The notes beneath the pieces are model-generated. The model ran no database searches and was not told the origin of the DNA. It was given only the letters and a program-made list of their open reading frames with translations. A stretch of DNA of 64,000 nucleotides, taken from contig CM022668.1 of the NCBI GenBank assembly GCA_012295275.1, forward strand, positions 11,842,001 through 11,906,000, read 5' to 3'. This stretch comes from Chrysomallon squamiferum (taxonomy: Eukaryota > Animalia > Mollusca). A program made the position numbers and the translations under genes. Position 1 is the first letter of the stretch; the number at the start of each line of letters is the position of its first letter. Positions 26,346-42,234 of the stretch are shown piece by piece.

Positions 26346-26977
26346 CTTAAAGTTATTGTCAAAGATTTTTCCTATTAGATAATAAATACCATCTTTCTAT
26401 TTTGCTTCCCCTTTGTCTGTCTTTCTGTTATTCTGTCTGTATGTTGGTCTGTCTGTCATTGTTTCACAGTCTTTCTCTTTCTTTCTCTCTCTTTCTCTAA
26501 ATAGGTTTCTGCTTCATTATCTTTATATACATAACTGTTTGCCTTAATAACTTTCAACATTTCGTACGTTATTCTAAAACTGCTAAATTCAGCTTAAATC
26601 TGTAATACATCTTACACTAATTTGATCTCTTTTAACCAGCCACTTGTTATAAAAGTCACTCCATGTAGGTCCTTAACAGTACAAAAGTAAATGTCATTAC
26701 CATGTCAAGAACCATAATCCAGGTCACCTGTATTATGTAGAGTGCTCTTTCTTGAAGCGGCCATTTGCATTCAGTGAAGCATGATAATAATTATCATAAT
26801 TTATGACTGTATGAGCTGTGGGGGGATTGATGAGAGAAACAGAGATTGTCAAATGTGGAGTCTCCTTTATTATCAGTTTTTAATATATGTGTGTCCTCTA
26901 TTGATTGTCATAACAATGGGAAATGTCTTGTTATTTTCTAGTCGTGTCCTTATTTTATTTTACTTTATTTTTTATTA

Positions 26978-27020
<43 letters not shown>

Positions 27021-27101
27021 TTGTATTTATTATTTTTCCTTTTTTTTTTTTTTTTTTTTTATAATGTCCTATTTCATAGGCATTATTATTATTATCATTA
27101 A

Positions 27102-27194
<93 letters not shown>

Positions 27195-27561
27195 TCATCA
27201 TCATCATCCATAGTCACACAAATACAAACACACACACACAATTTCACAGACATAATAAGACAAATCGTGCATTTAGTTATACTCAGTGTATTATAGTTGT
27301 GTGGGTGTGTATGTATAATACAATATAAAATGTAAACTGTTGTAAATATCGTTTTTCTTTCAGCTTCGTGTAACAATACAAAACACATTTAAATAATCAG
27401 TGCATGACATAAAATAAATAACAATGCTGTATAACTCTATTATAATCTTTTCTTGATGTTGATAGTTTTTGTTTTATTATTGATTTATTTTATTTATTTT
27501 TTTGTGGTTTTTTTGTTATTTTTATGATTATTATTATTGTTATTGTTATCGTTACTGTTAC

Positions 27562-27598
<37 letters not shown>

Positions 27599-27803
27599 AA
27601 GCAAATTTTTTCAAATTTATATATTATAAAATAGTAAAAATATTTTCATTCCTGCCTGTCATAGCCAAAAGGAATTTATTTATGTTTATCTTTGAAAATC
27701 ACTCTTTTCACTATTAGCCTATCTCACTAAAAATTATAATGGGATTTTTTCAAATCTATAAAGTAAATTTTTCCACCTAAATAAATAAATAAATATATGT
27801 ATG

Positions 27804-27865
<62 letters not shown>

Positions 27866-29149
27866 AATCAACTTTTCCTTTATAAATCATTTTTTCATTG
27901 TTAACATGAATCAACATTTTTTTTTTTTTTAAATTGTTATTTTTTATAAAGTAATGTTTTCACCCTTCCACATACAAATGCATGCATACACACACATACA
28001 CATACATGTATATTATATGTATATATGTATATTAAATCAATTTTCGCAACATTTTAGTCATTAGAAACACCAACTGTTTATTTTCATAAAGTCTGTTTTC
28101 CTTACAAGCCCATCCTACAGCAAATTCTAATGGGTTTTTTTTTTCCTAGAAGTAAACTAAATGTTTTTAACTATTTTGAACTAAGTGACCTTTTTCTTAG
28201 CAGTAAATTCAACTTATGACTAAGAATTCTGATTACAGGCAAAGTTTACCTTGACACCTTGAAATGCCAGGTAACAGTAGACATGTTACTGTGTGTAATT
28301 TGCATATTTATATAATCGTGACCCCCTGCAATGAAATTACATATGCAGTGTGTACAGAGCATGCTGGGTAATCCTGGATGCATGTGATACATTTCAGAAT
28401 AAACAATGAATTAGACTATGAAATAATTAATTTATGGTTTATGCAGGTATTTGGAGTATTTGGAAACTGTTTAATACACCAACTTGGTTAATCAGGATTT
28501 CTTTATCAGAATTTTGCTTTAAAAAGTAATAATAGTGATTATTGTTTTTGTTAATGTTGTTGTTATTACTGTTACTATTAGTAGTAGTAGTAGTAGTAGT
28601 ATTCCTACAGACAATTATCAGAACCAGTATCTTCCTATTTAATATTCTGAAAATATTATGAAAAAATTATATTATTATGAGCATGCTTTAGGAAGAAAAA
28701 AAATTCTGAACACTAAAGTACGTCCCTGGATTATAAAGGTTCTGTTTTAGACAGTTCTAGATTAGCCACTATAACAAATATTGAACTAGGCATTAAAAAG
28801 AGGCTGACTCTGACAGGTATCAGTAAATCAGTGTTTGAAACATTTGAAAATAAATTACATGTGTTTGACTGGTCCATTTTTATTTGTTTTTAATACTAAG
28901 ATGCTCAGTATCTATTTAGAATTCATGTTAACGTCTAATATCACATCATTTAAATAATCTGTATTATAAACAAAAGATATAAGAAATGTCCTTAGGTAAG
29001 ATTTATATACTATGAAAAGCTGGATATTAAATTACAATACTTGAAATCAAAATATCTCTTTCCATTTTAATAATAAAAAAAAAAATTAGCACTAAGATGT
29101 ACAGTATCTAATTAGTATGTGTTAAATTCTAACACTTCATTCAGATAAT

Positions 29150-29480
29150 CTGTATTATAAACATAAGGGATCTGCTTTAGATTGGGTACATTAGATAAGG
29201 GTATTAAATTACAAAGGTTTTGGATTAAGTGTTCCAAGCCTGTGATATTTGTACTAGATTGTAAAGTGTCTGTTTTTGACAACTCATTATTAGTAATCAT
29301 AAAAACAAGGTATTAAAAAAACACAAAGGTTTTGGACTAAATATTCTAAACTGAAGTATTTGTACTGGATAGTAAAGTGTCTGCTTTTGACAGATCATTA
29401 TTAGTAAATTATAAAAACAAGGTATTAATAAATAAAGGTTTTGGAGTAAATGTTCTAAACTGTAAGATCTATAAAGATCT
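29150..29480 (+). repeat. ~110-bp tandem repeat (2.5-3 copies) within a decayed repeat/MITE-like region (~28700-29570)
   Basis: GGTATTAA...AAAGGTTTTGGA.TAA.TGTTC.AA.CTG...TTTGTACT.GAT.GTAAAGTGTCTG.TTTTGACA repeated at ~29199, 29310 and 29421. Confidence 0.75.
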
Positions 29481-29712
29481 GTATCATAAAATATCCAGTG
29501 AATCTTCAACAGTGGATAACAAAGAGTCCAGATTAGACAGTATTTGAAAGCTAAGCCGTAATGATATCAATAGACTTAAGTGTTTATAAGAACAGGAAAG
29601 CTATTGAATTATAAAGGGTATGGAACAGCCAGTACTGTTGATAATACTATTTTTAACCAGTTGGATTATCTAGTGTCATGGATTATAGAGAATATCACTG
29701 ACATCTAGCATG

Positions 29713-29751
<39 letters not shown>

Positions 29752-31205
29752 TGAGTGTGAGTGTATATATATATATATATTCTTACATACATCCATACAC
29801 GTATGCATACACACATACTGACATAAATACACATACCCATATGCATAGACACACACATACATATGTACATACATCATACATACATACATACATATACACA
29901 CCTGTATATTTAATACCTGTAATCACCTCTTTTCAGCCTAACACTATACAAAAATCATGTCATAGAGATTCACCTGAACTGGACTAGCAACTGTCAGTGT
30001 GAACTCGAGTCAGTTTTTGTGTTTTGATTTCACCTGCAGTCTCAGATCAGTGTGTCTACACTCTACCTGATCGTACCTGTACTGCAGGTAAAAATAGGTG
30101 TCTAGTGGGTTGAAAATATTGTTCTGGATAGGTTAAAAAAAAAAAAAAAATTAAAGAAGAAGAAGAATTTGTTTAAAAGGATAAGTAAAATTGACGTCAG
30201 GTGAAGTTGATGGAGAATTATTCAAGGCATTTCAGGTGATTGTTGAGCGTGGGGGGAATGTATAAAAAACATACAGGTAAAAGTGTCTTCTCGGGAAATT
30301 TAGAGCAGATAGGTTAATAAAAATATAAAATTCAGAGGATATACCTGTACTGGTGTGGAATATAGGTATACACAGGTATGTAAATTTGTTACTGTCAGTT
30401 TAAATCAATAAATAAACAAATAAATAAATAAATAATAGTAAATAATAATAATAAGAAGAAGGAGATAGGTTGGAAATGACATCATTATTTTAAAAATAAT
30501 GAAGTGCTTTACACATTTGTTTGTACTGGGTTTAGTTTAAACTCTAAATAGATTTTAAAAACTTATCAGGGTAATTAATAAACAAGAGCATGGATATGTA
30601 TAGTGTGTTAACACAGAGATAGTAAAAATGGGGGGTTTTTTTTCTTTCTAGATAATATATCTGCATGACTAGCATGCTGTGATGTCAAATTCTGAAAGAT
30701 ACAAAATTGAAAAACTTGGGTAAGAGATAAATATATAATAAAACATAAGGATTTGGGTAACTAAAATACACAGTACAGAACCAAATTTAATTTACTACAA
30801 ATACTTGCACGGTGCAGATATAAATACATAATAATTTAAAAGAAAAGACATTGATTTTTATAATATGCAGTATATAAGATTGACATTTTAATTTAATATA
30901 AATATCTGCATGATACAGATTTGCAATAAATGTAATGGAAAAGACTTTGATTTTTATAATATACAGTACTGGATTGACTTTTTAATTAACTATAATCTAT
31001 AAATTGTGTGTGTATCTATCTAGAGAGATATAACAAGTAAGGAGTTGGATTTCGAGAGTTTATGGTGCAGAATTGACTTTTTAATTTAAGAAATCTTTAA
31101 ATGTGAATTTATCTACCATGTAGAAAATGATCACATGCCAAGGAACTGGATTTCTGTCCTAATGGATTATTTGATTTTCAAAACTTCTTATGTGGATCAT
31201 GCAAA

Positions 31206-31254
31206 ATGATGAATAAAGTGATGATGGACGATGATAAAATTATAGCTGATGCAG
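31206..31254 (+). CDS. Candidate alternative first coding exon of TRAK (MMNKVMMDDDKIIADA-)
   Basis: ATG-initiated, stop-free, CAG|GTTTGT donor in phase 1, in frame with exon 52587. Confidence 0.55.
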
Positions 31255-31755
31255 GTTTGTCATTCCATTTATCATTCAGTACATATTTATTTGTTTGTCG
31301 TTTAATTTCTTATTTTTATTTTTTATTTTATTTTTTTATTTATTTTATTTTTTTTTTTTTTTTTTTTTTTATTAATATATACTGTTTTATTTGCTAATTC
31401 ATCTCCTCTGTTATTAATCTGTATCAGATGTTATTTTTATATCTTGCTCAATTGTTTCTATATTTGCTCATTTATTTTTATTTTGTTGTCATCTGTATTG
31501 TTCTTATGTCAGCAGGAGTATTTCTGCTGTTTTGTTTAGTTCATTGTCATCAGTGTTAACTGTATAAAACATGTCACAAATGTTTGTTTAAATTGTTAGG
31601 CCATTCCTGTCTGTAAATAAGCATTTGTTTATATTATATAAAATAATTTGCTTGCTTAGCTCACTCTCTCTATATATATATCACCCTTTCTCTAGCGTAA
31701 GCATTTCTTTATATAATTAGAGTCACAATCTCAAACCCCTCCTTTTTCATCTCTC

Positions 31756-31829
<74 letters not shown>

Positions 31830-31896
31830 ACACATAACACAAATTATAAATTTATTTATTTTATTTGAAATGTTAGTCAACATTTCACTTTTCATC

Positions 31897-31960
<64 letters not shown>

Positions 31961-32656
31961 ACATGTAAATATCTGTGTTTGTGTCTAACACAAAGAGAAC
32001 TGTTTTATTTAAAAAGTCAGCTATAAAATCTTTCTCTCTTTGTCTGTGTGTCTGTATAATACATTAGAAGATTAAAATAACACTTTTGTTACCAGGTAAA
32101 TTTATTGTTCTCATTTTTGCAAATTTCAATGTTTATGTATTATAGCAGTGAAACATGATACAGGTGTGTCTTGGTGTATGTGCTTCAGTGAAAAAATTAA
32201 AATTAAACGATTTATCTTTACATTTTCTAAATAATTTAATAACATATGTAAGAATGTAATACAAACCAGGACAGTATGTATATAAAGAAAACAGTGAAAA
32301 TGATCCAGTGACAAACTGTATATCTTATGCATACACCACACACAAAAACTTCAAATGAATTTTTATTTTTAAATGTATGTAAGTAAATATTTACATAGTA
32401 ATTAAATAGCTGTACTTTTTTTTTTTTTTTACTTCAATAGATTATGATATGGCTGCAGTAGATTATGATATGTCGTGAGTTATACGAGTAAGATAAGAAG
32501 TTTAAAATCTTATTTTTGTTTCATGGTAATGTGTAACATAGCAGTTCTGTGTGCACAACACCAGACAAATCTCTAAGACAAATTCAAATCAGTAGAGATT
32601 GATATAATTCTTAAACAGTTGAGAAATTTGTGGATAATCTATATTATTATTATTAT

Positions 32657-32697
<41 letters not shown>

Positions 32698-32929
32698 TTG
32701 TCATTATCATCATCATTATTAGTATAATTTTGTATTACTATTATAGTTTTTTTTTTTTTTTTTTTTTTTTATGTTAGGTGTCCATCTTTATTTATTTGTA
32801 ATTAACTCAACTGTTGAAATGATTAAAGTTGCTATTTTTTCAATTACAATAGCAAAATACAATTACTACTATTAAATTTAACAAGTCCTTCAATATGGTT
32901 ATTTTATATTAAAATAAAATAAAATAAAA

Positions 32930-32960
<31 letters not shown>

Positions 32961-33360
32961 AACAGAAAAGAAATAAAAGATCATGACCCTTTGGTAGAAC
33001 AAATACTTCATGACCTGTTCATTGTTAATGACAGAGGTAACTGACACAGGTAGATGTGTGTACATTTACAACTACAGGTATGTTGATATAGGGTACATAC
33101 ATGCACAGGTAGAAAGAATTCTTCAGGTGTTGGACTTACCTGTTAAGTAACTGACATTTGTGGGCCAAAGGTGTGATATTTATAAATCTAGGGATTACCT
33201 GTTACATAAGATTTATATTAGCTTTTATCTTAAATTATTACATATTTTTAATATATTTATTTATCTTTTGATTATTTGCTTGTTTGATTATACTTTATTT
33301 TGTTTTATTATTATTAATTGTGTTGCTTTTTTTTTTTTTTTTTTTTTGTTAGAAGATTTA

Positions 33361-33399
<39 letters not shown>

Positions 33400-33468
33400 C
33401 ATCATTATTATTATCCTATTTTATATATATAATTCTAATACTTTATTTTTTATTTATTTATTTTTTTG

Positions 33469-33533
<65 letters not shown>

Positions 33534-34024
33534 TGGTATGATTATTCTTATTATAATCATCATTACTATTTTTATTATTATTATTAACATTAACATCACT
33601 ATTATCATCATCATTTTATAAAAACTTTATTATCTTTCACAGTTATTAAACCTTATCAATAATTACATACAAATTCCTACAACCTTACACAATCGACAAC
33701 TGTCAAGTATAAATAATAGTCAAGTATATTTTTCATACACAAAACCCAATCAGTCAACCCCCTGTCAAAAATATAAGTAAAAAAAAAAAAATTAACGAAT
33801 GGAGGACTTTGCTTCTATTGCATCAGTAAACCGGAAGAGAGAGGCAGGCAGAAAGCAAATTCCAATATCAGGCAAGCTCGGTCTATTTTTAGAAACATCA
33901 CAAGACTTCCAGGCAATGGGCTGAATGAAGGACGGAGCTAATGTTTTTCCTGTAGTGAGGAGAAAAAAAAAAAAAAATACAAATTCTTCTTCTTGGTTAA
34001 TTTCGTTTCCCAGCTGTATTCGAC

Positions 34025-34055
34025 ATGAGTATATCATCCTACAAGCTAGAATCGG
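34025..34055 (+). CDS. Candidate alternative first coding exon of TRAK (MSISSYKLES-)
   Basis: GAC-ATG, consensus GG|GTGAGT donor in phase 1, within a higher-GC promoter-like island (33790-34210). Confidence 0.55.
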
Positions 34056-34309
34056 GTGAGTTTGTAGTTGGATTGGGATTTTGTCGAGTGGAGTGCTTTC
34101 TGTGTTTCTCTGACCTCTGAGTGTCTGTGGAACTTCACGTTTCCTGGAAATCAATAGAAAAGTTTGAATGAGAAGAATTCGGTTGCCAGTGTCTTCTGAA
34201 CCAGTCTCATAATTCTTCTTCTTCTTCTTCTTTTTGTTGACGTATTATTTTGTTTTATTTTTAATTTTAAAAGGTTCTTATATTAATTGTAATAATGTGA
34301 ATATATTTG

Positions 34310-34355
<46 letters not shown>

Positions 34356-37300
34356 TAGATAGGTAGGTAGATATATACATATTTATTTAAGATATTAGGT
34401 TAATATAAAAACAGTTAATTAAATGATATACATGAGTGTTTATTAAAGTTTTTAGGTTTACATTTTCTTCTATATTCAAAAAATAATGTGTTTTGCAAAA
34501 TTATTGTGTAAATAAGTAAACTGGTTGTGGGTGGGTGGGTGTGTGTGTGTTGTGTGTAAGTGTGTGTACATGCATGTGACTGTGTTTGAGAGAGAAAATG
34601 TTTGTGAAGATATCTGAGAAAGAAAATATAATTATGTCTCTTGGGGGGTGTTTGAGAAAGCAACAGATGTATGTGTATATATGTTTTTAAAATATTGTCA
34701 CTTTTTTAAATTGCTCAAAAAAAGAAATACACACATTTTTAAGGAAAGACTATAACAAAAATTTATTATAAACAATGACAACACCATTTTCACAGTAAAA
34801 AAAAACAAAACTATATTATAAAATAAAAAATCTCTTCTAAGAAACCACCCCAATAAAGAGACCAGTGTAATCAAAATATTGCTATAAAAAATAAAATAAA
34901 TAAATAAATAAATTAAATAAATAAATAAATAAACAACACACAGTTGTTACAAAGCAGTGTTTAAAAGATGATAAGCAATAGTTTGAATTTATACATCCCA
35001 AACAGGGCCTCAGTTAATTCCGATGTTGTGTGTCTTGAGCAGGTCTAAATCTGGTCCAGGGTGAAAATGAATTATTGAATAAATCTTGGACCTGTATTGA
35101 TTGCAGTGTCACTTGTTGAGTTTGACTCTGGTGTGAATTCAGTAGTGTTGACAGTATACAAGAAATATTGACCTCTGTCTGTCTGTCTGTCTGTCTGTCT
35201 CTGTGTGTGTGTTGTTTAATGTCACCTCAGGTCTTTTCCAGTATTAATGATTATTAAGTTTCAGACATCATGTTGTTTGTGTTATTGATGAGTTTAAAGA
35301 AGAAACTTCCTAAGGAATAAAAATAAAATTTTAGTAGTTGCTGATTAGCAGAAAGCAATATTTGATATTCACATTCCCATATACAGGAAAACACGTTTGG
35401 TAGTTTTTGATAAATTGATCGCTGGGGACTTGTTAGATTGGGAAATGGTTTAAAACCATTTATCTGTCTTCTAGAAATCCAGCTTTAGATTACAGTTTTG
35501 GTCTTTTTACTTTTCATTTTTTTATTTTATATTTTGAGTATATGTTAACTTATTTAAGTTGTTATTCAGAAAATGGGTAAAAACAAACCTATCTCTGGTA
35601 CTAGTATATGAATGGTTTAGAATCAAGATGGTTCAATCCAAAGAATATGTTTTTAGAAAATAATAATAATAAGCAAATCATATTTTAAAAAGAATTGTTA
35701 AAATGTAATTTTCACAGAAAATACCATTCTTCCAGTAAATGGGTTCCTATCAAAATGTATCACTGTACGATCCAAACTTATATCTTGTTTGTTCAGTTAG
35801 ATAACTTATAAACATCTGTCACTGTATGATTCAAACCTTCATATTTTTTTTTTTTTTTTTATTTTTTTTTTTTTTTTTTTAATGTTACACTAGTTACCAA
35901 CATTTTTTTTTTTTTTTTTACCATGTGATCCAAATTTATTTTTTCTTTCATTTGGGAGATAAAGCAGTGCAATTTCTCAATACTTTATTTTATTTCTGCA
36001 CAGATGCGAATGCTGTCTGTTATTTTTGGCTAGTGTTGGTGAATTTCTGTGTCTGTTTGGCATGTTCTGTATTGAACTAAAGCAACTTGTAACCTTTTTT
36101 TTTCTTCATCACCTGCATCAGGATTCTAAATGCCAATCTGCAGCATTTAGATAATTTATCTGCATAGTTGTCATGTTTAGAGAAGCTGCTGGTGTTGGCT
36201 TGAGCTATGATAGGTCACTAGATCAGTTCTTCTCAGAGGAACGTTTGGGTTATTTACTGTTCTAGACAGTGCTCTTTTGATTGGTTATTATCATTTGCTG
36301 TTTTTTTTTTTTCTTTCTTTCTTTCTTTTTTTTTTTTTTTTTTTTTTTTTTTTATTTATTTATTGATCATAATTATTGTTATTGTTGTTAAACTGTTGTT
36401 GTTTATTTATTTTTATTGTTATTGTTATTATTGTTATTGTTATTATTATTATTTTTATTATTTAATTCATCTAAAAATTGGACAAATGATTTTAAAATGT
36501 GTGTGTGTGTGTGTGTGTGTGTTTTTTGAAGATAAACATAATTATACATCTGAATCTGAACCATAATATTAAATTATTGATTTATTCAGCTGTCTTGAAC
36601 TGTTATCAAAACATGACTTTGTTGACATGGTGTATCATTCAGCCTTAATCAAATATGACATCTTGACCTTTACACGATCTCCTTGTCAGAAATATATATA
36701 TATATATTTATATTTTTATATTTTTATTTATTTTATAAATAGAATTCATTGATATGTTTATCTTTATTTGACATAATGGGTAATGCAAACAGTTTTGAAA
36801 GTTTGTATTATTATAAAAAAATGAAAAAACAAAAAATTCTGTAATGTGTCATTTACAGTTTTGAAAATAGATGTGTTATTCTTATCAGTAACAGTAACAG
36901 TAATAGTGATAGTAGTAATAATGATGGTGATGGTAGTAGTAGTAGTAGTAGTTGTAGTAGTGGTGGTATTACGGTGGAGGTGGTAGTAGTAGTAGTAGTA
37001 CAGCAGCAGCAACCATTGTTATACATTTTTGCTGTTCTTCATGTTATCAGTTTTGTTTACTGGTGGTACCAGTAATTCCAGAAATATTTATGATAATAGG
37101 TGCCCTGTTTTAATCAACATTATCGTGCAAGTTGCAATATTAAAGAATATTAATCATGTTATTGTTGTAATTAATTATTTATTTATTATTGTTAGTAGTA
37201 GTATTATTAGTAGTAGTAGTAGTAGTAGTAGTAGCAGCAGCAGCAGCAGTTGTTGTTGTTGTAGTAATAGTAGTGGTAATATTACTGTTATTATTGTTGT

Positions 37301-37743
37301 TAGAAGTAATAGTTTAGTAATATAAATATTATTGGTGCTATTACTACTACTACTGCTACTACTACTACTACTACTATTATTAATGATAGCTGCCAAAGAA
37401 AGAAAAGCAATGACAAAATGTCATACCAGTGTAAAGTAACCAAACATTTTATTGACAAATTTTTTAGTAAGTAATACAACTGTTTGTTTGTCTATATTTT
37501 GCCTCAGTATTTATTTATGTCTCTTTTGACTGCCTGATTAACATCTGTGGTTGCCATGGTTACACAGACAACAATGATAATGATGTAGATATGTGTACTG
37601 ACTCCAGAATTTTCTAGTATAATGGGTGTGTATAAATTTTCGTTGTAGTTATGCTGAGTAGATGTTACAGTCTGTAGGGAAAAAATGTTATGAACGAGAT
37701 GATAGGTGAGTCGTGTACTTAATATGAACTTGTAGAATAATTA

Positions 37744-37826
<83 letters not shown>

Positions 37827-38873
37827 AAGAAATGAGAGATGGAGAAAGAAAACAGAAAGAAAGGAAATGAAGATGAGATACAAATACAAATAACAGAGGG
37901 ACAAAAAAGACAGGAAGAGGAAGGGAGAAGGATAGAGGGAAAAAGGGAGAAGAGAGTGAGAGAAAGACAGAAAAAGAGAAATAAAGGAAAGAAAAAAAAA
38001 AAAAAACCGACAACACATTTTTCTTTATATAAGCTTAAATGATTTAACAATAAACATGTGTTAATAATATAATTATTATTTTGAATTTAATATTTAACTC
38101 CTGAAGCAGTTTTAACATTTTCTGTTTTCAAAGCCCTTTGTAAAACGTCTCTGTTCTGAAACCACTTTGTAAAATTTAAAAAAAAAAAAAAAAAAAAATA
38201 AAAGTAAAATTTTGAATTAAAAATAGAAAAATTCCCTCCTTTATTTGAAAATGACACAGATCAGATTACAACATCCCAGGACAATAATAGGACAGGTTGG
38301 CCTAAGTTAGTATAGCTGTTTGTTAGACGTATGTATGTCATTATTCATTTTATTTTTAAACTTTCAAAATATTTGTTGTATGTTGGATATAAACAGTTCT
38401 TTGTTATTACTGTTTCAAATTTTTGAGATACTTGTTTTTTTTTTTTTTTTTGCTAAGACGTGAATTAATTTTAAACTTTCAGACTATTTGTTGGTCGCTG
38501 AGTATAAATTATTCTTTGCTTACGTTAAACATCATTTTTAAATATTAATTTTATTGTGTAAGATATACATTTTTTTTTTTAAACTTTAAAAATATTTCTT
38601 GTGGTTGTTTTTATTATTCTTTGTTATATTAAACTTTATTTTTGAGGTATTTGTTTTATTTTCTAAGATGATTTTTAAATATTTTTTTTTTTTTTTTTTT
38701 TTTTTGTGTGTGGGTGTAAAATTAAATTTCTAAAGTTAAATTTTCAAAATTCAGATGATTGTCAGCCTCTGTTAATCTATTTTAAGGTTATCAAAGTCTA
38801 TCTCATCATTTAATTATTCCCATGATTTTAAAAAAGTATTTTTAAACCATCAAAGTATTATATATAGACACAT

Positions 38874-38907
<34 letters not shown>

Positions 38908-39077
38908 ATACATATTAAACTCCAGTATTTTTAAACATCAAAGTGAAAGTAGTCAGAAATAAGTTTTATTCAGCAAGGTAAATATTATATTATTTCTTTC
39001 TTTTTCTTTTTTTGAATTTTGCGTGTTTGTGAATTTGTATGTATGTACATTTATATATATATATATAGTTAGGGTTT

Positions 39078-39113
<36 letters not shown>

Positions 39114-39221
39114 ATATATGTTTGTTTGTAGTAAGTGCTATATTTGTATTCATTTCACATCTTCATATGTGAAAGAAAAAGAAAATAAACAGAATGAAAA
39201 AATGACTCTTTAAATAAAATG

Positions 39222-39273
<52 letters not shown>

Positions 39274-40027
39274 AACAGAATGAACAGAATGAAGACAATT
39301 AACACAGTCATGTTTGTATGTTTTGTACCAAGAGTTTGAACAAGGAAGTAAAATATTTATATTTGTTTTGTGATAAATTTACAACACAGACTAAAACAGT
39401 TCATTTCCAGAGGTCAGTTCAGTTTAATATTACTGTTAGTACATATCAGCTACTTTACACTAGCAATATATTAATAATTCTGAATTCAGCTTTCCATTAA
39501 ACTACTTTATATACTACCATTAATAAATCCTTATTAATGAACTTTATATCGAAAATTGATCATCTGTAATTTCATTATTACACCATGTTATCAAAACATT
39601 AAAGAATGTTTAATACTGCTGTTCCTATATTATTAGCCATACTAAACTAGTATTTATTATTAATTAATAACTCTGAACTCAGTTTTCCATTAAATCATTT
39701 CATATGCCTCCATTGATAAACTCCTTATTAATGAAATGTTTATCTGTATATTTTGTCTGCAATTAATTGTTTTACACTTTGTTATTAAAAAATAGTTAAG
39801 AAGGTTAAATACTGCTATGTTACTGTAGTAATATATTATCAATAGATGTGAACTGAGGTGTTTAATAGCCACTTCATTTCTATCTAATAAATCCTTATTT
39901 CTTGGTTGATTCTGGTTTATGGTGATATATTCCAGTTTTTGCTTTAGCAATAATACTACTTAGTAGAGGTGTGATTAGCTATGGTGAGTCCCCAGACTGG
40001 CAAATTAAAAAAAAAAATAGACAGAGA

Positions 40028-40156
<129 letters not shown>

Positions 40157-40409
40157 AGGAGAGGGAGAGGGAGGGGAGGGGGGGGGAGGGGAGAGAGGAG
40201 AGGGAGAGGAGAGAGAGATGTTTTTTTATTTTTTTTTCTATTGCGGACACTCATCATAGCTCAAGATGATGATCATTATTATTAGTAGTAATTTTTTTAA
40301 TATCAGTATGATTTCTTTTAATTTTTTAGTATTTGCTCTGAAAAAGGTATCAGTAATTAAGATGATGATATTGATGAGGTGATATCATCATCATATTATC
40401 TGATAATAT

Positions 40410-41215
40410 TTTTTACTTATTGTATTTGCATTGTGCTGTTAAAAACAGGTTTATAATTATTTTACTTATTGTATAAGTAACCCCTATTATATTATAACTG
40501 ATAGTATATGATTATTTTACTTTAAGTAATATTACATTGTGCTGTTATCAATACACAGTATAACTGATAGTATATAATTATTTTACTTATTGTATAAGTA
40601 ATATTACATTGTGCTGTTATCAATACACAGTATAACTGATAGTATATAATTATTTTACTTACTATATAACTAATATTACATTGTAGTGTAAGTAATATTA
40701 CATTGTACTGTTATCAATACACAGTATATCAGTATATAATTATTTTACTTATTGTATAAGTAATATTACATTGTGCTGTTATCAATACACAGTATAACTG
40801 ATAGTATATAATTATTTTACTTACTGTATAACTAATATTACATTGTCCTGTTATTAATACACAGTATAACTGATAGTATATGATTATTTTACTTATTCAA
40901 TAAGTAATATTACATTGTGCTGTTATCAATACACAGTATATCTGATAGTATATAATTATTTTATTTATTGCATAAGTAATATTACATTGTGCTGTTATCA
41001 ATACACAGTATAACTGATAGTATATAATTATTTTACTTATTGTATAACTAATATTATATTGTGCTGTTATTAATACACAGTATAACTGATAGTATATAAT
41101 TATTTTACTTATTGTATAACTAATATTACATTCAGAGCCTGAAAAGTATAACTGATAGTATATAATTATTTTACTTACTGTATAAGCAATATTTCATTGT
41201 GCTGTTATTGATAGT
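40410..41215 (+). repeat. 72-bp minisatellite, ~11 copies
   Basis: Unit TAAGTAATATTACATTGTGCTGTTATCAATACACAGTATAACTGATAGTATATAATTATTTTACTTATTGTA repeated with high identity. Confidence 0.95.
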
Positions 41216-41526
41216 TTTTATTTTCTTCCATTTTTAAAAAGGTAAGATGTCTGTTATTTTTATTTTTTTTTTTTTTTTTTTTATGTCTTTATTTTATTTT
41301 TTTTTTTTTCTTTTATTTTATTTTATTTCACTTCATTTTATTTCATTTCATTTCATTTCACTTCACTTCATTTTAATATATTTTATTTCATTTTTATGTC
41401 TTTTATTTATTATAAATTATTCTATTTTTTAAAATTATTATTACTATTATTCTCTGTTATTTTATGTCTTTGTTTATATTTTGTTGCATTTCTTGAAAGT
41501 TGTTTCTAAAGCACTGCCTGCGTAGA

Positions 41527-41564
<38 letters not shown>

Positions 41565-41587
41565 TATAATAATAATGATAATAGTAA

Positions 41588-41631
<44 letters not shown>

Positions 41632-42148
41632 TAACAATATTAATAATAACAACAAAAACCATAATTAAAATAATAATAATAAGAACAACACAACAGCAAC
41701 AATAGCATTTACAGTAACCAAATAAACAACTATAATAAAAGTAATAATAATAGTCAAAGAAAAAAATATATATTTTGAACTTATATTTCAGAAATTTTTA
41801 TATTTGTTTTTTTCGGGTTTGTTTGCAATACAAGTAGATAGCTTAAAAATGGAGACCAAATCTAAAAGCAAATTACATAAATTTATATTACAGCTTGTGC
41901 ATAAAGTAGAGTTTTGATATGATATCATTGTTTCAGTTGCTGAAAAAAATCTGTTTTTTGAGGACTTTCTTTATTAAAGGATCCTGAAAGTGTTAAAAGA
42001 TTTATGCTGGAATTTTACTTATTTATTAATTTAATTTTAATTTTAATTTTAATTTTTTATTATTTTTTTTTTATAAATATTTTTCACTTTAACAGTGATG
42101 ATGATGATGATAATAATTTTTAAAGATGGTTTGGCTGTCTGTAATTTA

Positions 42149-42234
<86 letters not shown>

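Noticed and set aside
33792-34154. 120-aa minus-strand ORF
   Set aside because: Non-ATG start, crosses a homopolymer run, no domain features; better explained as a plus-strand promoter/first-exon island.
40410-41215. 72-bp (24-codon) unit as a coding repeat
   Set aside because: Multiple stops per unit and no ORF in the six-frame track; ordinary minisatellite not tied to a known exon.
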